Part shown: piece after piece, positions 44,812-50,288 of the stretch
How the letters are laid out: each line of letters starts with the position of its first letter
Position numbering within the stretch: position 1 is the stretch's first letter
Origin: an uncultured Gammaproteobacteria bacterium
GTDB taxonomy: Bacteria; Patescibacteriota; Microgenomatia; Levybacterales; UBA12049
Assembly: GCA_964497535.1 (NCBI GenBank)
Contig: CAZCCG010000003.1
Span: 60,436 to 110,723, forward strand
Direction of reading: 5' to 3'
Length of the DNA stretch: 50,288 bases
Made by a program: the position numbers and the translations under genes
The notes under the pieces: generated by a model
Database searches by the model: none
Seen by the model: the letters and a program-made list of their open reading frames with translations, nothing else
What the model was told of the DNA's origin: nothing

Positions 44812-45953
44812 ATTTGTCTGTTGGGATTGTTGGGTTACCAAATGTAGGCAAAAGCACATTGTTCAATGCGCTTTTGAAAAAGCAGCAGGCTTTGGCTGCA
44901 AATTATCCATTTGCGACAATCGAGCCTAATTTGGGGATTGTGCCAGTCCCGGATGAGCGACTCGAGATGTTGGCACGGATTACCGCGGCAGAGATGCTGA
45001 AACAAGTTCAGCATGACAGTATAAACGGAGAAGAGGATAGATCAAAATGGCCGCCGATAAAAAATGCGACGGTGGAGTTTGTGGATATTGCGGGATTGGT
45101 GAAAGGTGCTTCAGAAGGGGCAGGCCTTGGAAATAAGTTTTTATCTCATATTCGGGAAGTTAGTGTAATTTGTCATGTAGTCCGGGCATTTGTAGATGAC
45201 AATGTTATTCGAGAGGGGAGTAGTGACCCTGAAAATGATTATGCAGTTATCCAAACAGAATTAATACTTGCGGATTTACAAAGTGTTGAGAATTCAAAAG
45301 GCAAAATTCAAAAGGCAAAAGTGCAAGGTAAAAGTCAAAAGTTATTGGATAAACTTATTGATAGTTTAAATTCGGGGATCCCAGTAAGGAATATCATGTT
45401 AGACGATGAAGAAAAAGAAGAAATAAAGCAATTGTTTTTGTTAACTGCAAAACCTGAACTTATTTTGCTCAATGTATCAGAAGATGAATATACGCCAACA
45501 CGTATTGATACATTGATTGATAGATATTCAAATTTGTTACAGCTGCCGCGAGAAAAGTTTATTGTTATTTGTGCAAAGATTGAATCTGAATTGGCAAGTT
45601 TGTCAGAAGATGAGCAAAAAGAATATCTCAAGGATTTAGGTCTTGAAAAATCGGGACTTGAACGGCTCATCCAAAAAGCATATGAGACCTTGGGTCTTAT
45701 TTCTTTCTTGACAGCAGGGGAGAAAGAAGTAAAAGCATGGACGATCAAAAAAGGGATGAATGCACAAAATGCGGCAGGAGTCATCCATACCGACTTCACT
45801 AAGAAATTTATCAAAGCAGAAGTAGTATCGTATGACGTTTTTGTGGAATTAAATGGTTGGAAGGGTGCACGAGAGAAGGGGAAAGCCCGCATGGAAGGCC
45901 GGGATTACATCATGCAGGACGGTGACGTGGTGGAATTTAAAATTGGCAGTTAA
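44808..45953 (+). CDS. ychF: Redox-regulated ATPase YchF
   Basis: GIVGLPNVGKSTLFN, NYPFATIEPN, DIAGLVKGAS.G.GLGN.FL, AGVIHTDF, DGDVVEF. Confidence 0.98.
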   Translation: MNLSVGIVGLPNVGKSTLFNALLKKQQALAANYPFATIEPNLGIVPVPDERLEMLARITAAEMLKQVQHDSINGEEDRSKWPPIKNATVEFVDIAGLVKGASEGAGLGNKFLSHIREVSVICHVVRAFVDDNVIREGSSDPENDYAVIQTELILADLQSVENSKGKIQKAKVQGKSQKLLDKLIDSLNSGIPVRNIMLDDEEKEEIKQLFLLTAKPELILLNVSEDEYTPTRIDTLIDRYSNLLQLPREKFIVICAKIESELASLSEDEQKEYLKDLGLEKSGLERLIQKAYETLGLISFLTAGEKEVKAWTIKKGMNAQNAAGVIHTDFTKKFIKAEVVSYDVFVELNGWKGAREKGKARMEGRDYIMQDGDVVEFKIGS

Positions 45954-46903
45954 TTGTCTAGTCTAATTTTCATGTCTCTCAAATATGTCCGAATAGTATC
46001 TCTATGAAGGCCAGTCTCTCGTGACAAATGAGATTGAGTAATCTTAATTCCTCTCTGTTTAGACTCATTCATAACTCTTCTTATTTCTTTCTTTCTCTCA
46101 TTAACTACTCGTTTGGGAACTTTTCCTTCTGGTAATCCGCCAGTATGAAGTCGTATCGTGGATCTATCTTGACCGGTAAAACGAGCAATTTCGCCTGGCC
46201 AAAATCCATCCTGTGCTAATTGTCTTTCTTTCTCAATAGCTGCTTGCTTCTTTTTATCAAATTCCTGCAAAATATCTTCACACCATTGTGTAACTGTTCT
46301 GTTTCCAACTTGTAACATCATAGAAACTTTATAAACTGCAACGCCTCTTTGTACAAGTTCACGAACCGTATTTTTCTTAATTGTTTGTAAGTCAATTCGG
46401 ATGTCTTGGGTCCAGTGATTTACAACTTCCCAATCTTTTTGTAGCATCTCTGCAATTGATTTGGTATCTACTCCGGTACGAGCCAGGATACGTGCTGTTA
46501 AAAGATTTGCTCTTTCTTGAACAGATATTCTTCGTGGAGGAAGCTCTCTCTCTGGATTTTCGGAAAGTACACTGGTAACAGAATGAAAAGCATCTCTGGG
46601 GAAGGCTGAAAGTGCTGGGCCATAATCATGGATAATATCCTGGGCCAAAAGAATAGTTCTTTCTCTAATTGTTGTTGGGTTTATCCCTCTTTTTAATACT
46701 CCAGGAATGGTGAAGTGGGGTTGTTCAATTTGCCTTTGAAATCTGCGCTCTATATCGGATTTCAAAATTTGTGCTTCTCTGAATGCACGTTCTAAAGAAT
46801 TGCCTTGTTGAGGTGGGCTTTCAACTTTTACTTCAGGTGGATTCGATCTAATTCTAGAGTCATTGTCAAAATGAATAATTGGGGTGCCAATTCGTTCATG
46901 CAT
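45950..46903 (-). CDS. Hypothetical protein with four tandem HTH-like repeats
   Basis: KSIAEMLQKDWEVVNHW, YKVSMMLQVGNRTVTQW, GEIARFTGQDRSTIR, SHLSRETGLHRDTIRTY. Confidence 0.7.
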   Translation of the reverse strand: MHERIGTPIIHFDNDSRIRSNPPEVKVESPPQQGNSLERAFREAQILKSDIERRFQRQIEQPHFTIPGVLKRGINPTTIRERTILLAQDIIHDYGPALSAFPRDAFHSVTSVLSENPERELPPRRISVQERANLLTARILARTGVDTKSIAEMLQKDWEVVNHWTQDIRIDLQTIKKNTVRELVQRGVAVYKVSMMLQVGNRTVTQWCEDILQEFDKKKQAAIEKERQLAQDGFWPGEIARFTGQDRSTIRLHTGGLPEGKVPKRVVNERKKEIRRVMNESKQRGIKITQSHLSRETGLHRDTIRTYLRDMKIRLDN

Positions 46904-46927
46904 AGACCTATATTATACAGTATGGTG

Positions 46928-46963
46928 GCCGGGGGAGAAAGAACGAGTCTTTCTCCCGCCGGC
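46928..46963 (-). terminator. Strong hairpin 3' of the desaturase
   Basis: GCCGG(C)GGGAGAAAGA/TCTTTCTCCCCCGGC on the minus strand; poor U-tract. Confidence 0.55.
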
Positions 46964-46989
46964 TTGGATATACCTCCTTTATAGAATCA

Positions 46990-47931
46990 CTACCATGGAC
47001 CGTGGGTTACCCCAGGCAGAAGATTACGTTGGATGTCCGCTTCTGTAGGGAGTCTGAGATCGGATACGAGACCGACTTGTTCGAGCCGTTGGAGAACCCA
47101 GTAGGTTAAATCATACTTTGAGTGCCGGGCGCTCCATTCCCACATGTGATGTGGATCGTGGCCTAGTTCGCCAAGAGTTAAGCCGGAAAATATGATTCCC
47201 AGCACTCCGTTTCCGATGTATCTACTGTGATCACCGGTGTTGAAGTATTTTTGCCCAAGGGAATCCTTGTGCCCGGCAGAGTTGACGAGCCAGGTTACGT
47301 GATGAACGAGGAAGATCCTCGTTAGGCCAAACCATAGGAAGCAGTCGACACCTCCGAGTAGAGGTCCCAGTAGCGAGATCCACACGAACAGCCAGTAGAT
47401 CTTACTGAGACGTTCAAGAACCGGATCGTGATAGAGGTTATGAGCCCATGCTTCTGGATCAGCATGTCTTGCTTTGAACAACCATCCCCAATGGGCATGC
47501 CAGAATCCATGAATGCTTCCCCATAGGTTCTTTTTAAACCCTGCGTTTGGGGAATGCAAGTCATGCTCTGTATCGGAGTACGTGTGATGGAGATGGTGAT
47601 CGCCGACCCACAGACTAACCGGTCCCTGTAATGCCAATGCCGATAACACGGCAAGGACAAATTTGAGACGCGGATCTGCCTTACAGCAAGCATGGGTAAA
47701 AATGCGATGGAGACCTCCTGTCACTGAGAATGCGATGGGAAGGAACACAACTGCCATACCTAGAATCGCGAGAATCGCAACTAAGAGATTGCTCCATAGG
47801 AATATGGGAGCCGTGATCGTTACCAGGAAGGGTCCTACTGCCATAACGACCATTACTAGTCGTATAGCATAGGTATTTATCCAGCTTCCCTCTGGGAGCA
47901 AACGTATCCGTGCTGTCATAGTAGCATCCAT
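46990..47931 (-). CDS. Delta9-type acyl-CoA/acyl-lipid fatty acid desaturase
   Basis: His boxes HRIFTH, HHLHH, HDPHH; LQGP..W, DLHSP, GFWHAHWGWL, TWLVNSAGH; SD GGAGGT. Confidence 0.9.
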   Translation of the reverse strand: MDATMTARIRLLPEGSWINTYAIRLVMVVMAVGPFLVTITAPIFLWSNLLVAILAILGMAVVFLPIAFSVTGGLHRIFTHACCKADPRLKFVLAVLSALALQGPVSLWVGDHHLHHTYSDTEHDLHSPNAGFKKNLWGSIHGFWHAHWGWLFKARHADPEAWAHNLYHDPVLERLSKIYWLFVWISLLGPLLGGVDCFLWFGLTRIFLVHHVTWLVNSAGHKDSLGQKYFNTGDHSRYIGNGVLGIIFSGLTLGELGHDPHHMWEWSARHSKYDLTYWVLQRLEQVGLVSDLRLPTEADIQRNLLPGVTHGPW

Positions 47932-48175
47932 GGGTTACCTCCGTGTTCCGTTTTTACTCACATATATGGCCGCGAGGCGGTCATCCGATTTCCATGGTAA
48001 TAAAGATAAAAGGTGCGATTTGTAATTCCCACAAAAAAAATAATTTGCGTTCGTCTTGGGAAATTACTTGAGTATTGTAACAGGTTGGGAAGAAATGATA
48101 TATAAAGAATCTTACTGAAATGCCCAAAGAAAATACTGCTTGCTTTAGCTTAAGGCTATATTGTAAAATAGGGCA

Positions 48176-48454
48176 ATGAGATTATACGATCTTGTTGTGG
48201 TTTTCAAAACCTCGCTGACAGAGGAAAAACGAAAGAAATTGCTTGAGTCTATTAAAGAGATGCTCAAGGATGTTAAAGTTAGCAAAGAAGAGTCATTGGG
48301 CCAAAAAGTCTTAAGCTACCAAATCAAGCATGAACAGCTGGGTGTTTTTTATCGTATGGCCTTGGAGACTGACAAAACTGTTCCGCTCGACTTTGAAAAA
48401 AGACTGATAAATAACGAATCGATACTCAGACACTTGTTAGTACGAACTAAGTAG
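48176..48454 (+). CDS. rpsF: 30S ribosomal protein S6
   Basis: MRLYDLVV, G.K.L.Y.I, ILRHLLVR; rpsF-ssb-rpsR order. Confidence 0.92.
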   Translation: MRLYDLVVVFKTSLTEEKRKKLLESIKEMLKDVKVSKEESLGQKVLSYQIKHEQLGVFYRMALETDKTVPLDFEKRLINNESILRHLLVRTK

Positions 48455-48518
48455 GGTTTAGTTAAAAAGCGTTTAGGGTTTAGTTAACTATACCCTGTAC
48501 GCTAATAACTAAACGCTA
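48452..48518 (+). repeat. Heptamer-period hairpin filling the rpsF-ssb spacer
   Basis: TAGGGTTTAGTTA..AGCGTTTAGGGTTTAG / CTATACCCTGTACGCT.ATAACTAAACGCTA. Confidence 0.8.
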
Positions 48519-48526
48519 GATACACT

Positions 48527-49048
48527 ATGGCTAGGAGTTTAAATAAGGTACAGTTGATTGGAAATTTGACACGAGATCCGGAATTACGGTATACCCCGAC
48601 AGGGACTGCTGTTTGCACTTTTACGATCGCAACGAACCGTTCCTGGACAACCGATACCGGGGAAAAACATGAAGAGACCGATTTTCACCGCGTGGTTGCG
48701 TGGAACAAATTAGCAGAGCTTTGTAGTCAATTTCTAGTAAAAGGACGAAAAGTTTATGTTGAAGGTCGACTTTCCAATAGAAGCTGGACCGGACAAGACG
48801 GAGCTCAAAAGACAACAACAGAAGTCGTAATTGACGACATGATCCTTTTGGATAGTGCCAGACGAGGGGACGAATCTCACGCGGCACCGATGCGATCAGC
48901 TCCAAAAGAAGAAAGCAAAGAAGAACCGGCAGAGTCCAAAAACAAACCTGAGCAAAAACCGGAAGCAGTTAGTCCCAAACCCAAAAAAGAAGAAAAGAAA
49001 GATTCAGCAGGGTCTGAAGAAGTAGATTTTGACGATATTCCATTTTAA
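48527..49048 (+). CDS. ssb: Single-stranded DNA-binding protein
   Basis: NKVQLIGNLTRDPELRYT, C-terminal DDIPF. Confidence 0.98.
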   Translation: MARSLNKVQLIGNLTRDPELRYTPTGTAVCTFTIATNRSWTTDTGEKHEETDFHRVVAWNKLAELCSQFLVKGRKVYVEGRLSNRSWTGQDGAQKTTTEVVIDDMILLDSARRGDESHAAPMRSAPKEESKEEPAESKNKPEQKPEAVSPKPKKEEKKDSAGSEEVDFDDIPF

Positions 49049-49054
49049 TGTAGT

Positions 49055-49297
49055 ATGGCACGACCAACACCAAAACCAAGAAGAAAAATTATTGTTCCAA
49101 AACATTGCTATTTTTGCTCAGAGCATAAAGAGCCGGTGTATTTGGATGTTGAAGTAATCCGAAGATTTATCACAGAACGAGGTAAAATTATCCCCAGATC
49201 CCGTTCGGGTCTGTGTGCAATGCACCAACGACATTTAACTCTGGCCATCAAACATGCCCGTCATCTCGCATTATTACCGTTTATCGTACAACGATAA
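49055..49297 (+). CDS. rpsR: 30S ribosomal protein S18 (Zn-binding form)
   Basis: CYFC, FITERGKIIPR, C..HQR, AIKHAR.LALLPF. Confidence 0.96.
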   Translation: MARPTPKPRRKIIVPKHCYFCSEHKEPVYLDVEVIRRFITERGKIIPRSRSGLCAMHQRHLTLAIKHARHLALLPFIVQR

Positions 49298-49336
49298 TTC
49301 TGTAAGGCTGCATAGAGTAAGAAAAGGATTTTCTCA

Positions 49337-50288
49337 ATGAATATAAAGTGGTTGCATTTTTTATTTGCCATAGTAATTGCAGGATTATTGGGGTATTGGG
49401 TTGGAGTATCTCAAGTAAACGTCCAATGGAAAAACTACAAACCCAATGTTACGGTTACCGGTAAAGAACCTCCAGCACAACAACAAAATGTTGATTTTTC
49501 ACTCTTCTGGACTGTTTGGGAAAAATTACAAGATTCATACTACGATAAAACAGTCTTGGATCCTCAGAAAATGCTCAACGGTGCAATTGCCGGTATGGTT
49601 GACAGTATTGGAGATCCCTATACCGTTTTTCTCCCACCTGTGCGAAATACTGATTTCAAACAAGGATTAGCCGGTCAATTTGAAGGTATCGGTGCTGAGT
49701 TGGGTCTAAAGGGCAAACAAATCGTTGTAGTTGAGCCGTTGGGGGGTATGCCGGCTGTTGAAGCAGGGATTCGTCCCGCAGACACAATTTTAAAGGTAAA
49801 TGGCGATTCGACAGATGGATGGACGTTGACTCAAGCAGTTGAAAAAATTCGAGGTCCCAAAGGCACCAAAGTATTATTGACAGTATTGCATCAGGGAGAA
49901 ACCAAACCGGTCGATGTATCTATTGTTCGCAATACCATACAGGTGAAAAGCGTCGATGGTTGGGTAAAAAAAATAAAAGATATTCCTCAAATTCATAAAG
50001 AGAACCTCAATGGTGATTCAGAAATTGCTTATGTAAGACTCTCTCAATTTGGAGATAACACCAATCAGGAATGGTTGGTTCTTATTAATAAGCTTGCACT
50101 CAATATCAAACAAAATGATGGCAGCGTTAAAGGAATGATTCTGGATCTTCGCAATAATCCCGGTGGATATCTGACCGATGCTACCTTTATTGCATCAGAA
50201 TTCCTCAAAGATGGGACAGTAGTTATTGAGGACCGCGGGAATGGTGAACAAAATCCATTTACTGTCAACAGAAAAGGAATTTTGCTTG
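49337..50288 (+). CDS. S41 family C-terminal processing protease with PDZ domain (truncated by window end)
   Basis: Hand translation: DFSLFWTVW, GDPYTVFLPP, FEGIGAEL, IRGPKGT, LDLRNNPGGYL. Confidence 0.92.
   Translation, partial: MNIKWLHFLFAIVIAGLLGYWVGVSQVNVQWKNYKPNVTVTGKEPPAQQQNVDFSLFWTVWEKLQDSYYDKTVLDPQKMLNGAIAGMVDSIGDPYTVFLPPVRNTDFKQGLAGQFEGIGAELGLKGKQIVVVEPLGGMPAVEAGIRPADTILKVNGDSTDGWTLTQAVEKIRGPKGTKVLLTVLHQGETKPVDVSIVRNTIQVKSVDGWVKKIKDIPQIHKENLNGDSEIAYVRLSQFGDNTNQEWLVLINKLALNIKQNDGSVKGMILDLRNNPGGYLTDATFIASEFLKDGTVVIEDRGNGEQNPFTVNRKGILL

Noticed and set aside
46971-46981. SD-like AAAGGAGGT after the desaturase stop (minus strand)
   Set aside because: No start codon at normal spacing, and the next gene has its own TATAAT beyond the hairpin

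Overview
Chromosomal window, about 38% GC by eye and mostly + strand genes. It most resembles a Patescibacteria/CPR (Microgenomates-like) bacterium; this is inferred from Pro/Thr-rich surface proteins, many leaderless-type promoters and small ORFans. Housekeeping and stress genes include msrB, glnA-amtB-aquaporin, a Kef antiporter, NMN adenylyltransferase, tkt-gnd, an L,D-transpeptidase, a class A PBP, two TMEM175 channels, an ArsR-SRPBCC-VOC-DHFR-like cluster, Fic, ychF, rpsF-ssb-rpsR and a truncated S41 protease. The most notable feature is a ~830-nt GC-rich unit at 23855-24685 with no convincing long ORF. It has its own consensus promoter, many G.U-containing hairpins and a terminator-like end, making it a candidate large structured ncRNA (possibly encoding micro-peptides). 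It is followed by a phage-type ssDNA-annealing-like gene with a structured leader. Other notable items: two homologous periodic hairpins between a Shine-Dalgarno and a start codon; five REP-like palindromes; palindromic and heptamer repeats inserted in frame in tkt, ychF and a DHFR-like gene; and GC-rich single-gene cassettes, one a fatty-acid desaturase. No rRNA, tRNA, CRISPR array, transposase or integrase was recognised. All family calls come from motif recognition by eye, not database searches.
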